Below are positions 9,377 through 19,900 of a stretch of 64,000 nucleotides of DNA, piece by piece. Position numbers and translations under genes: made by a program. Position 1 is the first letter of the stretch. Every line of letters starts with the position of its first letter. This DNA comes from Candidatus Eiseniibacteriota bacterium (GTDB lineage: Bacteria; Eisenbacteria; RBG-16-71-46; JABDJR01). The stretch covers positions 1,372,572 to 1,436,571 of the forward strand of contig CAVXKA010000002.1 in the NCBI GenBank assembly GCA_963762255.1, in the 5' to 3' direction. The notes under the pieces were generated by a model, which was not told where the DNA came from, searched no databases, and saw nothing but the letters and a program-made list of their open reading frames with translations.

Positions 9377-12300
9377 TTCCGCTCCCCCTTGCCGGCGCCG
9401 ATCAGCTCCGGTTGCTCGCGCGTGCGCTCGGTGAAGGTGAGATCGCAGCGCAGGCAGCGCCGCGCCTCGCGGGCGGCTTCGTGAACCGAGAGCACCTTCT
9501 CCACTTCGTCGAAGTTGCGCCGGCGCGCCTGGGTAGAGAGCCGCGGCGTCTCGACACGGTCGCCGTCGGCCGGCTCGCCCGTGACCGGCGTCGCCGGCTC
9601 CACGTAGACATCGGGCAGGCGCACCCCCGAGGGCTGCTTGAGCGGCTCGCCCCGCAGGTGGCGTTCGATCATCACCGCCGCCCGTTTGCCGGCGGCGATG
9701 GCGTCGACCACCGTGTTGGGTCCGGTCACGACGTCTCCGCCCGCGAAGACCCCCGGCCTGTTGGTGAGCAGCGTCTCGCGGTCCACCTGGACCGTGCCCT
9801 GGCGCGTGGTTTCGATCCGATTGGCGCCGGCCACCGAGATGCAGTCGGTGTCCGAGCCCTCGCTGATCGCCACGATCAGGGTGTCGAGGGGTACGGTGCG
9901 CTCGCTGCCCGCCACCGGAACCGGCGCACGACGGCCGCCGGCGTCGATCTCGCCCAACCGATTCGTGATGCACTCGATGCCGGTGAGGCGCCCGCCCTGC
10001 GTGAGGATGCGCACCGGCGCGGTGAGGGCCTCGATGCGCACCCCCTCCTCCTGAGCGGCCTCGATCTCCTCCGCGAACGCGGGCATCTCGTTCATGCTGC
10101 GGCGGTAGTAGATCGTCACCTCGGTGACGTCCTTCTGACGGAGCGCCATGCGCGCCGCGTCCACCGCCGAGTTCCCGCCTCCGACCACACCCACGCGCCC
10201 GCGCGCCAGTTCCTCGCCCCCCATGTTGAACGCCTTGAGGAAGCGGATGGATGGAAGGACGCCCTGTGCGTCTTCGTTGGGCAGACCGAGCGCGAGACTC
10301 TTGTGAGCGCCGAGCGCGATGAAGACCGCCTGGAACCCGGAGGTGAACAGATCGTCCAGGGTCACGTCGCGTCCGAGCGTGGTGTTGCACTTGACGGTGA
10401 TGTTCTCGTCCAGGATCGAGGCGATTTCCTTCCGCACCACCTCGCGCGGAAGCCGGTAGCCGGGGATAGCGCTGAAGAGCATGCCGCCGGGCTCCGGATC
10501 GGACTCGAACACCGTCACCTTGTGACCGCTCAGCGAGAGATAGTGCGCGGCGGAGAGCCCCGCTGGGCCGGCCCCCACCACGGCCACTCGCGGCGACTTC
10601 TCGTCGGCCTTCACCCGCCGCACGGGCTTGTAGGTCATGGGATCGCTGCGGTCGGTGATGAATCGCTTGAGCGCTCGGATGGCCACCGGATGCGCGCCCG
10701 AGAGCCCCGCTCGGCAGTGCTCCTCGCAGGGATGATTGCAGACGCGCGCGCATACCGAAGGGAACGGATTCGCCTCGCGGATCGTCTGGTAGGCCAGGTC
10801 GTACTCGCCGCGGGCGATGTGCGCGACGTAGCGCCAGGCCTCGGTCCCGATAGGGCAGGCGGCCTGGCAGGGCGCGCCCACCAACTCGTTGCACACGAGC
10901 GCATCGCACCGCTTGGCGATGATGTGTCGCTCGTACTCCTCGCGGAAGTAGCGCAGTGTGGAGAGCACCGGGTTAGCGGCGGTCTGTCCGAGGCCGCACA
11001 TCGTGGTGTCCTTCACCACCTGGGCCAACTCCTCGAGCAGATCGAGTTGGTCCAGCGAGCCGCGGCCGCTCGTGATGTCGTCCAGAATCTCCCACATCCG
11101 CTGCGTGCCCTTGCGGCAGGTGAAGCACTTGCCGCACGACTCGTCCTTGAGGAAGTTCATGAAGTACTTGGCGACGTCGACCATGCAGGTGTTCTGGTCC
11201 ATCACGATCATGCCGCCCGAGCCCATGATGGAGCCGGCCTCGGCGAGGCTGTCGTAACCGACGCGCAGGTCGAATCGCGCGGCGGGGATGCAACCCCCCG
11301 AGGGCCCGCCGGTCTGGACCGCCTTGACGCGTCCGCCGCCCGGGGGACCTTCGCCGATGCCGTTGACGATCTCGGCCAGCGTGACCCCCATCGGCACCTC
11401 GACCAGACCGGTGTTCTTCACCTTGCCCACCAGGCTGAAGATCTTGGTGCCGGAATTGTTCGTGGAGCCGGTGCGTGCGAACGCGGCGCCCCCATCCGCG
11501 AGCACCAGCGGCACGTTGGCCCAGGTCTCGACGTTGTTGATCGCGGTGGGCTTGCCGTCGATGCCGCGCTGCACCGGGAACGGGGGCCGCTGACGCGGCT
11601 CGCCCATCTTCCCCTCGATGGAGCGGATGAGCGCGGTTTCCTCGCCGCACACGAACGCGCCCGCTCCCCTCACGAGTTGAATATCGAAGCTGAAGCCGGT
11701 GCCGAGGATGTCCTTGCCCAGAAGCCCCAGATCGCGCGCCTGGCGGAGCGCGATGACGAGGTGCTTGATCGCGAGCGGGTACTCGTTGCGGACGTAGATC
11801 ACGCCCTCGGTGGCGCCGGTGGCGAACGCGCCGATCAGCATCCCCTCGATGATGGCGTGGGGATTGCCCTCCAGCACGGCGCGATCCATGTAGGCACCGG
11901 GGTCACCTTCATCGGCGTTGCAGACCAGGATCTTGCCTTTGCCGTTGGGGGCCTCGGCGAGCATCTCCCACTTGCGCCCGGTCGGGAATCCCGCCCCGCC
12001 TCGCCCGCGCAGCCCGGAGGTCTTGATCTCCCCGAGAACCCATTCGCGATCGCCTCCCTCGAGCGCGTCGATCAGCGGGCCATACCCCCCCGACCTGATC
12101 GTGCTGGCGATGCGGATCGGATCCACCTGCTCGCTGCGGGAAAGGATCGTGCGCGTCTGGCGCTGGAAGAAGGGGAGTTCCTCCTGGCGCCGCACCGGCT
12201 CGCCGGTCTGAGGATGGCGAGGCAGCAGTGCCTCGATCACTTCGCCGGCCGCCACCGCGGCGACGATGGCCGCCATGTCTCCGATGCGCACTTTGGGGTA

Positions 12301-12558
12301 GAACGTGCGATGCGGCTCGATCAGCACCGACGGTTCCATCTCGCAGAAGCCGTGGCAGCCGGTGATGCGCAGTCGGACGTGATCGGTCAGCCCCTTGGCG
12401 AGCATCTCCCGCTTCGTCACGCGGATCAGATCGTTGGCCCCGCTCGCCTGACCGCAGGTGCCGGCGGAGATCACGATCACCGGCTGCTTGGGGTCGATCG
12501 CTTGCCGCAGCCGCTGGCGGAAGGCCTTGAATTCGTTGACGGATCCCAGTCTCTCCAT
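9373..12558 (-). CDS. NuoF/HydB-like flavoprotein fused to a GltD/NfnB-like NAD(P)H:FAD domain
   Basis: Thioredoxin-like 2Fe-2S, GLRGRGGAGFPTG, CNADEGDPGAYMDR, CGEETAL, CGKCFTCR; then PCQAACP, CARVCNHPCE, GAGPAG, GGGNSAVD, GVFAGGD, EARRCLRC. Confidence 0.9.
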   Translation of the reverse strand: MERLGSVNEFKAFRQRLRQAIDPKQPVIVISAGTCGQASGANDLIRVTKREMLAKGLTDHVRLRITGCHGFCEMEPSVLIEPHRTFYPKVRIGDMAAIVAAVAAGEVIEALLPRHPQTGEPVRRQEELPFFQRQTRTILSRSEQVDPIRIASTIRSGGYGPLIDALEGGDREWVLGEIKTSGLRGRGGAGFPTGRKWEMLAEAPNGKGKILVCNADEGDPGAYMDRAVLEGNPHAIIEGMLIGAFATGATEGVIYVRNEYPLAIKHLVIALRQARDLGLLGKDILGTGFSFDIQLVRGAGAFVCGEETALIRSIEGKMGEPRQRPPFPVQRGIDGKPTAINNVETWANVPLVLADGGAAFARTGSTNNSGTKIFSLVGKVKNTGLVEVPMGVTLAEIVNGIGEGPPGGGRVKAVQTGGPSGGCIPAARFDLRVGYDSLAEAGSIMGSGGMIVMDQNTCMVDVAKYFMNFLKDESCGKCFTCRKGTQRMWEILDDITSGRGSLDQLDLLEELAQVVKDTTMCGLGQTAANPVLSTLRYFREEYERHIIAKRCDALVCNELVGAPCQAACPIGTEAWRYVAHIARGEYDLAYQTIREANPFPSVCARVCNHPCEEHCRAGLSGAHPVAIRALKRFITDRSDPMTYKPVRRVKADEKSPRVAVVGAGPAGLSAAHYLSLSGHKVTVFESDPEPGGMLFSAIPGYRLPREVVRKEIASILDENITVKCNTTLGRDVTLDDLFTSGFQAVFIALGAHKSLALGLPNEDAQGVLPSIRFLKAFNMGGEELARGRVGVVGGGNSAVDAARMALRQKDVTEVTIYYRRSMNEMPAFAEEIEAAQEEGVRIEALTAPVRILTQGGRLTGIECITNRLGEIDAGGRRAPVPVAGSERTVPLDTLIVAISEGSDTDCISVAGANRIETTRQGTVQVDRETLLTNRPGVFAGGDVVTGPNTVVDAIAAGKRAAVMIERHLRGEPLKQPSGVRLPDVYVEPATPVTGEPADGDRVETPRLSTQARRRNFDEVEKVLSVHEAAREARRCLRCDLTFTERTREQPELIGAGKGERK

Positions 12559-12619
12559 GAGCGTGTGCTCCCCGTCCCTCACCGCCGGTACCGGAGCCGG
12601 CGGCGAAGGTTCATGGTCG

Positions 12620-13690
12620 TCATGCGTTGATACCGGTCAGGTCGAGCATGTGGCCGCGGCAGCCTCGCCGCGAACAGATCTGAACGACGCCCCCACCCCG
12701 CACGATCATCGGAACCGTGGGCGCTCCGCAGTCGCCGCAGTCGCCGGCGCCGGTGAGGTGCGCGTTGCAGTGCGGGCAGAAGAAATCGACGACGGAGTCG
12801 GGCGGTATCTCGTGCTCCGATCGGATGGTGTAGGAACCGTAGAGGGCGGACAGGAGCAGCGCTCCGTGCTTCTCCCCGAAGGAAATCGTCACCCGGATGG
12901 ACGGGTGCTCGTCGATGAGTTGGGCCGCGTCCATCAGGTTGTGATTGCAGCGCGCGCAGCTCACCTCGACCGGGAAGATGCGGGCGTCGGTCTTCACGTC
13001 GACTCGGTCGAGCCCTCCCCTGGTCTGATCGAGGATCCCCGCCACCGCTCCGGGGGTGACGTTGGAGAAGTAGTGGCCGTCGACCACGACGATCGGGCCC
13101 AGAGCGCACCCGCCCAGACAGTTCTGGGTCTCGTAGGTGATCTCGCGGTCCTCGGTGGTCTCGCCGACCGGCACATCGAGCTGCCGCCGCAGCTCCTCGT
13201 CGATGCGCGGCGCGCCGCGAACGTGGCAGGCGGTGCCCATGCAGCACGTGAGCAGATGCTTGCCGCGCGGCTTCAGGCTGAACCAGCGGTAGAAGGTCGC
13301 CACGCCGTAGATATCCACGAGGGATCGCCCGGTCTTTTCGGAGACCGCGCGCAGCGACTCCTCGGGAAGGTAGGAGTACTTGCCCTGGATCTCCTCCAGA
13401 ATGGCGATCAGTTCGCCCCGTTCGCCACGATGCCGGTCGATGATGGTGTCGATCTCGCTCATGGTCCATGCCTCGCAGGTGGTGACTCTTGGGCCGGGAT
13501 CGGAGCCGCTGCGTTCGCTCCAAGCGTAGGAGGCGCAATGCCAGACTCCCCCCTCGGGCCGGGGGAGGATGCAGCTTCGGCTCTTCTCGCACGAGCCGCA
13601 CAGGTCTTGGTGCGGGAGGGTGCCCCCGCTCCGATCTGAGCGGGGACCGCCGGGCAGGGCAGCCTCGCGCGTGTCGTCGTCGCCGGCCAT
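12620..13690 (-). CDS. NuoE/HydC-like 2Fe-2S subunit with Cys-rich N- and C-terminal extensions
   Basis: GVATFY, CMGTACHVRG, CLGGCALGP; AGGAG RBS before ATG 13690; alternative start at 13462. Confidence 0.85.
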   Translation of the reverse strand: MAGDDDTREAALPGGPRSDRSGGTLPHQDLCGSCEKSRSCILPRPEGGVWHCASYAWSERSGSDPGPRVTTCEAWTMSEIDTIIDRHRGERGELIAILEEIQGKYSYLPEESLRAVSEKTGRSLVDIYGVATFYRWFSLKPRGKHLLTCCMGTACHVRGAPRIDEELRRQLDVPVGETTEDREITYETQNCLGGCALGPIVVVDGHYFSNVTPGAVAGILDQTRGGLDRVDVKTDARIFPVEVSCARCNHNLMDAAQLIDEHPSIRVTISFGEKHGALLLSALYGSYTIRSEHEIPPDSVVDFFCPHCNAHLTGAGDCGDCGAPTVPMIVRGGGVVQICSRRGCRGHMLDLTGINA

Positions 13691-13808
13691 CAGTGACTCC
13701 TAGGAACACTGGCCGCAACGCCACGCGGGGCATGGGGGGGGACCCCGTGAGCGCCTGGGATCGGTTGTCGAAGTGGGGCGGTTCGCTCCACCTCGTGCCC
13801 CCTTCCTC

Positions 13809-13824
13809 CGCAAGGCCCATGCCA
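13809..13824 (-). promoter_or_regulatory. sigma54 -24/-12 promoter
   Basis: Minus strand TGGCATGGGCCTTGCG = GG-N10-GC; ~120 nt upstream of the nuoE-like gene, next to a bEBP gene. Confidence 0.75.
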
Positions 13825-13986
13825 GGAGCGGAAACCGTCCTTCCTTCAATTTTGCCGGAATGCAGTCTATCCACGCCAGAAGCGGAAAAAGGCCCATTAG
13901 CCTGTGCTGACGAGGCGTTTCTGGGTCCCGAGCGGGCAGCCGGCGAGGCTTAGAGGGAGGATATCGAAAACCCGGAATCGGAGCGT

Positions 13987-14013
13987 TTCTACCCGCTGGG
14001 GATATTCTACCCA
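13987..14013. promoter_or_regulatory. Candidate enhancer (UAS) for the adjacent bEBP
   Basis: TTCTACCC twice, plus quasi-palindrome TGGGGATATTCTACCCA, ~170 nt upstream of the sigma54 site. Confidence 0.4.
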
Positions 14014-14015
14014 GT

Positions 14016-15359
14016 CTAGTTCTTCTGGGGGACCCTGGGCCGAAGCCTCTCGCGAAGCGTCTTGCGGTCGATCCCCAGGATGCGCGCCGCCTGCGATCGG
14101 TTGCCGCCGACGCTCTGGAGGACGGCGCGGATGTGCTGGACCTCCACCTCGGCCAGGGTGCGCTCGGAGCCGCCACCCCTCAGCGCCGAGTAGCGCATCA
14201 GCGAGGGAAGATCGGAGACGTCGACCGTTTCCCCCTCGGCCATCACCACCAGGCTCTGAATGACGTTCTCCAGCTCACGGACATTGCCCGGCCAGGTGTA
14301 CTCGCGCAGCGCCCGCAAGGCCTCCGGCGAGAAGACCGGCGCGGGCCGCCCCGATTCATCGGCGAACTTCTTCGCGAAATGGTTCACGAGAACGAGAACG
14401 TCGTCGCCGCGCTCGCGCAAGGGCGGGATCGTGATCGAGATCACGTTGAGGCGATAGTAAAGATCCTCGCGCAGCACGTCCTTCTCGACGAGGCTGAGCG
14501 GATCGCGATTGGTGGATGCGACGATGCGCACGTCCACCTTGCGGCTGCGCGTCGTGCCGACCATGCAGATTTGCTTGTCCTGCAGGACACGCAGCAGCTT
14601 GACCTGCATGGCGGGGGACGTCTCGCTGATCTCGTCGAGGAAGATCGTGCCGCCGTCGGCGGTCTGGAAGAAGCCGGCCCGCGATTCGGAGGCGCCGGTG
14701 AACGCGCCCTTGACGTATCCGAACAGCTCGCTCTCGAGCAATCCCTCCGGGATCGCTCCGCAGTTGACAGCCACGAACGGAGCGGAGGAGCGCGGCCCCG
14801 AGTAGTGGATGGCGCGCGCGATCAGTTCCTTGCCCGTGCCGCTCTCCCCCGCGATGAACACGGTGGCGGAGCTTGCCGCGGCCTTGGCGACGGCCCGCAA
14901 CACCGGTCGCATCACTTCGGACTCGCCGAGAAGCCCGTGGAGCGGGCGGGGGCCGACCACCGAGCGCGGCCGCGCGGCCTGGCGAAGCCGCTGCCGCTCC
15001 AGGGCCTCGTCCACCGCGGCCAGCAGCTCGGCATCGCCGCAGGGCCGCATGAGGTACTCGGCGGCGCCGGACTTGATCGCGGCCACCGCCGCCTTGACCG
15101 TTCCCTCGGCGGCAATCATGACGACTTCGACGTCGGTGTGGTTCTCGCGGACGTGCCGCACGAGAGCCATCTCCTCCGTTGCGGACCCCGCGCTCTCCAC
15201 GACCACGATATCGATCGGCGTGGACTCCAGAAGGCGGAGCGCTTCGTCGATGCCCTTCGCGGTGAACACCGTGTGGCCTCTCCCGGCCAGCGCACGCTCC
15301 AGCCTCTCGAGCGCAGGACCTGCGCCGGCAACGGCTAGCATGCGGGGACTTTCAGTCAC
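14016..15359 (-). CDS. sigma54-dependent activator (NtrC-like) with atypical receiver
   Basis: GESGTGKE, GAFTGA, FLDEI, WPGNVRELEN, C-terminal Fis HTH; start set at GTG (VTESPR). Confidence 0.92.
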   Translation of the reverse strand: MTESPRMLAVAGAGPALERLERALAGRGHTVFTAKGIDEALRLLESTPIDIVVVESAGSATEEMALVRHVRENHTDVEVVMIAAEGTVKAAVAAIKSGAAEYLMRPCGDAELLAAVDEALERQRLRQAARPRSVVGPRPLHGLLGESEVMRPVLRAVAKAAASSATVFIAGESGTGKELIARAIHYSGPRSSAPFVAVNCGAIPEGLLESELFGYVKGAFTGASESRAGFFQTADGGTIFLDEISETSPAMQVKLLRVLQDKQICMVGTTRSRKVDVRIVASTNRDPLSLVEKDVLREDLYYRLNVISITIPPLRERGDDVLVLVNHFAKKFADESGRPAPVFSPEALRALREYTWPGNVRELENVIQSLVVMAEGETVDVSDLPSLMRYSALRGGGSERTLAEVEVQHIRAVLQSVGGNRSQAARILGIDRKTLRERLRPRVPQKN

Positions 15360-15496
15360 GAGCGGAGTTCCTCCGATTGCGGTCGGCGGTCCCTCCGACG
15401 GGGGAAGTACCATCCCACCGGGGCCCAACTTACGCCCCCGGCCCGCGTGCGGCAAGGCGGGGTTCCGCCGGGGTGGCGCGGCGCGGCATCGCGCAG

Positions 15497-16957
15497 CTAG
15501 CCGAGTCTCTCTCTGTCGAAGAAGTCCCGAAGCTGCTCCCAGGTCTGTTCGATCCTGTCGCCCTCGAACTCGATGAACTGCAGGCCGGCGAGGTTGCTGA
15601 TCTCCCCCAGCCCCTTCTGCTTGAGCAGCGCCACCCGCTGGAAGCCGAGCTTTCCTTGGAAGAGGCCGGCCTCGTGGATGACGTTCTCTCTCGCCCGCAG
15701 TTCCCCGTCGCTGGTCTTGTCCTCCGCGGTGAGGACCAGGATGGCGAACTCCGCCTGCTCGAGCATGTCCTCCAGCACCGGGACGATGGCGTCGCCGACC
15801 CGGGACTGCGTCTCGTACTCGACCGTCTCCAAGTTGAGTTTCTTCTCGACGAATCGCGCCACCTGCGCCCACAGCGGGCTGCGCCCATGGCCGATGAACA
15901 CCCGCCCCGAGGTCGAAGGGGTCTTGATCCAGCGCCGGAAGGCTTCACCTGAAGGTTGGAGTATGCCGTGGTGAATGGTCAGCAGGCCCAGATCCAGCAG
16001 GCGCGCCTCTCCAGGGTTCAGGTTCTGGCCCGCGGGGGAGTGTCGCCCCGAAGCGGCACGCAGGAGGCATTTCCGCTCCTGTACGTTCAGATTACGCCAG
16101 TAGGACCGATAGAGACCCTGCAGACCGCTGTTCCACCCGAGCAACTCCTCGATCACTTCCCCAAAGCACGTCTCCGTCGAGGTCCCCGTTCTCCGCGTCC
16201 GAATCCAGGCGTCGGCGGTGACCTGGAGAAAATAGGGCATGTCCCCGCCGATGCGTCGAATCGCATCCACCTCTTCTGCAGTCAAGTCGATCCCCACGCT
16301 CTTCGCCGGACCGGTGATCAGAGTCTCCGCTTCCGCGGTGGGCATCGGACCCAACACGATTGGGCTGGGGAGAAAGACATTGCAGAACTCGGAGACGTAG
16401 ATCGGCTCCTCGGCACGGCAGAGCTCAAAGAGCGGGCGGAAGGAGGATGTCACCCAGGTCACCAACTCACTCGTCACCAGGGCGCGCAGGCCTCCGAAAA
16501 AGTCGAGATCGAATCGGTCGTGGCGAACCAGGGTCTCGAACTCGTCCAGCAGGATCACCAACCGACGGCCGTCGGCGACGGACTTGACCCATCTTTCGAA
16601 TCCCACGTAATCCTCAATGGCGATATCGTCCGGTGGCGGGGCCTCGGGAATCACCTTCGTGACCGCGTTCGTCACAGCCTGACGGAACCGGATCGGGTCG
16701 ATGACGTCGGCGAGAAGATCCACGTAGGCCACTGCCACTGGAGGATATCCGGCCCGAATGTCAGGCCGAGGAGCGCCCGAACCCGACATGAGCTGAAGGA
16801 AAGATGTCTTGCCCGCACGCCGCGCCCCGAGCACCTGCATCGAATCGGGGTACTTTCGAGAGATCCTCCTCAGGAAGAACGCTATCTGTTCCTGGCGCCC
16901 GTAGAAGTGGTCTGCATCGACTGGACGACCCGCCACGTAGGGACTACCGGCGCTCAC
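15497..16957 (-). CDS. STAND-like ATPase fused to a C-terminal TIR-like (CAP12/Pycsar-type) domain
   Basis: SPY..G.P...FYGR, GARRAGKTS, LLDEFE, GGDMPYFLQ; then VFIGHGRS...FAILVLTAED...RARENVIHEAGLFQGKLG...SNLAG. Confidence 0.85.
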   Translation of the reverse strand: MSAGSPYVAGRPVDADHFYGRQEQIAFFLRRISRKYPDSMQVLGARRAGKTSFLQLMSGSGAPRPDIRAGYPPVAVAYVDLLADVIDPIRFRQAVTNAVTKVIPEAPPPDDIAIEDYVGFERWVKSVADGRRLVILLDEFETLVRHDRFDLDFFGGLRALVTSELVTWVTSSFRPLFELCRAEEPIYVSEFCNVFLPSPIVLGPMPTAEAETLITGPAKSVGIDLTAEEVDAIRRIGGDMPYFLQVTADAWIRTRRTGTSTETCFGEVIEELLGWNSGLQGLYRSYWRNLNVQERKCLLRAASGRHSPAGQNLNPGEARLLDLGLLTIHHGILQPSGEAFRRWIKTPSTSGRVFIGHGRSPLWAQVARFVEKKLNLETVEYETQSRVGDAIVPVLEDMLEQAEFAILVLTAEDKTSDGELRARENVIHEAGLFQGKLGFQRVALLKQKGLGEISNLAGLQFIEFEGDRIEQTWEQLRDFFDRERLG

Positions 16958-16963
16958 CGTGCG

Positions 16964-19900
16964 CTACCTCAGATCCTGATATCGCAGGATCCACAGACGC
17001 ATCAGATCCACGGCAAACCTGTACTTCTTGAGTCCATCCCCGCCCTGCCGATCCGCCGTGATCAGGTGATGCAGAGCCAGACGATGCAGCGCCTTCACCC
17101 TCTGCTCTTCGCTGACTTCCTTCGTCACCGGCACCAGGATCTCGGATCCCGGAATCCAACGGTTCTGGGTCGCCCCGATCCGGGCCATAGTCCTCAGAAC
17201 AAGGTGGGCGTCTTGCCCGACGTCCGTCCACATTCGGTCCAATACCGCTCCGCCCCCGAATTCTAAGAACGTCCCACCGACTTCTCGAGATACTCGGGCC
17301 CGATCCAATACCCACACTTCTGGCTGTTCATCTCCTCAACGCAGTAATCGCACAGTTGCTGAATCAGGTACGGGTGCCCTCCGGTCAGGCTGAGAATCCT
17401 ATCGACCACCGCATCGTCATAGGTCACGCCCAGTACCTGGACCGGGGTCCGGATCAGGTCGTTTGCCTCCTTGGGCTCCAGGAACCCCACTTCTCGGTGA
17501 TGTGCTACATTGAACAACTCGACCTTGTACTTGAGGTCCATCTCCTCCAGTTCGCGGTGGCCGGCAAGAATGAAGGCCACCCCCTGATCCTCCTGCATGA
17601 GCGCCCGCAAGTAATAGAAGATATCCGCCTCATACTTCTTGTTCTTGACTCGCTCATGCAGACACTCAAACTCATCCAACATGATCAGGACGAGGCCCTT
17701 TCCTCTTCCTCCCATGGCATGAACCGCACTCTCCAGAGTTCTATCAAACGCCGCCCTTGGTCCCTTCGTGAACTCCTCTGCAGGCGGCACCGTGCAAGAG
17801 AGTCCCCGTCCCCCGAGCGCCTTGTCAACTTCTTCAGCCATTCTTGACATGAGCGCAGCCGTCGAATCGCCCAGAAGTTGCAGATCGAGAAACACCGGAT
17901 AGACGGGAAACTGACGCCCCTCTCGAATGCGTTTCCCCAGCTGGCCGCTTTGCAATTGCCTGAGCACGGAGGTCTTACCAGTGTGCGATCCACCATGAAG
18001 TACGAGAGCCCCGCGTCCGGTCTTGCTGAACAGTTTCGCCTCGATCCACTCGAAGATCTCTTCCCGCCCGTAGAAGAGGGGACTGTCTGCGGGGAGCGGT
18101 TTCGTGGTGATATAGGGACTGTCCACCTCCAGATAGACGCGGACCGCTTCATCAATCAGCTTGGACCAATCACCGAAGACACGGGTCAACATGGTCCGCT
18201 CGAGGAGGCTCAGGTCGGAGAGTTGATCCTCGGGGATCTTGAGGAGGTTGAGACATTCTCTCAGTTCGATGCGTCGGCTCGGATCGCGATCGTACTCGGC
18301 GAGGCGATCGCTGACTCGTTGCGCGACAGTCGTGTAACGCTCCCCTAGCTCACGGAGGAAGAACTCTCGCGCGGTGACTCGACTGATCACGGGCCCGGAC
18401 CGCTGCAGAGCGGTTTGGATATCGCCAAGCCGGGATGACTTGAGCGCCACGGTGAGCGCACTCAGAAGATCCTTGCTGGGCCCATGGAGGTCACTGACAA
18501 GCTGATCGAGTACCCCCAGTTGGAATGCGGGATGGAGCAACCCGGCGTAAGTCCGCACGATGCGCGCTTTCACGGAGTCCTCGCGATCCACGATGGCGGC
18601 AGCACTGTCCAAGCTGTTTACGCCTTCCTCGTGGTCCTTCAGGAACCCATGCACGACTTCCACAACGGCGTCGTTGTTCGGGCTGGCGAGAACGTGGTCC
18701 GCAAGATTTCCCGACTCTACGAGGCGGGCGTTCTGTATGGAGATGGCGGCGCTGTTCGCGATCAACTCGAACGCCAACTCCTCCTGGCCGTTGAAATACG
18801 CGAATTCCTTGTCGGCGCCCTTCCCCTTGGTCTTCGTCTCCACCTTGAGCACGCCGACAAGTTCTTTCTGCTTTCCCTTCCCTCCCGCCAAGAGCGGGAT
18901 TCCCATGAACGACTGGCACTTCCTCCCCTTGGCGAAGTTGTGTCTGTCAAAGGTTCCTCGGTGATGGGGATGGAGCGTCAGGTCGAGGTTACTTCTGGCG
19001 GTGAATTTCTCGCGTTTGACGGCAATCCAGACCGTCAGGCCGACCTTCTGGTCCTCCGTCACCGGCCGGTCGACGATGTCCTTGTCCGCCACCAGTTGGT
19101 ACCGGCGCACTCTTGGGCCTCGAGTGGCCCATCCATAGGCCGCCCAGTGCGGCTGCACAAGCTCGTTCCCCTGTTTCAGGAAAAGCGCGCAGGCTTCGGC
19201 GTGGAACAGTTTGGCTGTGTCATGCACGACCTCCTTGACAAGCTTCTGGACATCCAGCTTGCCACTCAGCATGTCTCGGATCGGTTCCATTGCTTTGTGG
19301 ATGACCACATAGCGCTTGGCGTACTGCGTCTGCAAACGCTCGCTCGCCAGCGCGATTTCGTGGGCCAGAAGGTCCAGGCGCCTTTGCTGGACATCGCTGA
19401 AATCGCGGTCGTCTACAGTGCCTCGTACGAACACGTTCTCGACCTTCAACACCCCCGTGATGACTCCGCCGATCTGGAGGGGTACACCCAACCACGCGCC
19501 GCATTCCTGTTGCTTCTCGTAGTTGGATGAGTCGTAGAAGCCCTTGTGGTGGCAGTGTTCTTTGAGTTCATCCATGTTTCGAGCACGGAATTGTCTGCCG
19601 GTCGCGGCGACCCAGGCCGTGAGTCCGACTCTCTCGTCATGGCTCAGGTGCACGCGCTTACAGTCCGCGGGAGAGCATGACCTGGTCCCCAGACAGTGTG
19701 CGACCTTCTCAGGTCCCGGCACCTCGTAGGAGCGGACCACCTTTCGCAGGACCTGCGATCCCCATCCCGCGCGTTGAGTCAGCGTCTTCTTGCTCTCGTC
19801 GATGAGGAAGATCGCTCCGGAATCCGCCTGGGTGGCACTGGCCGCGACGCGCACAACGATGTCCAGGAAGGCATCCAACTCTCCCTCGGTGGCAACCGCT

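Noticed and set aside
9377-10909. 735 aa version of the 2Fe-2S protein
   Set aside because: The extension is an alternative frame inside the nuoF-gltD gene; the real start is the ATGA overlap at 9376
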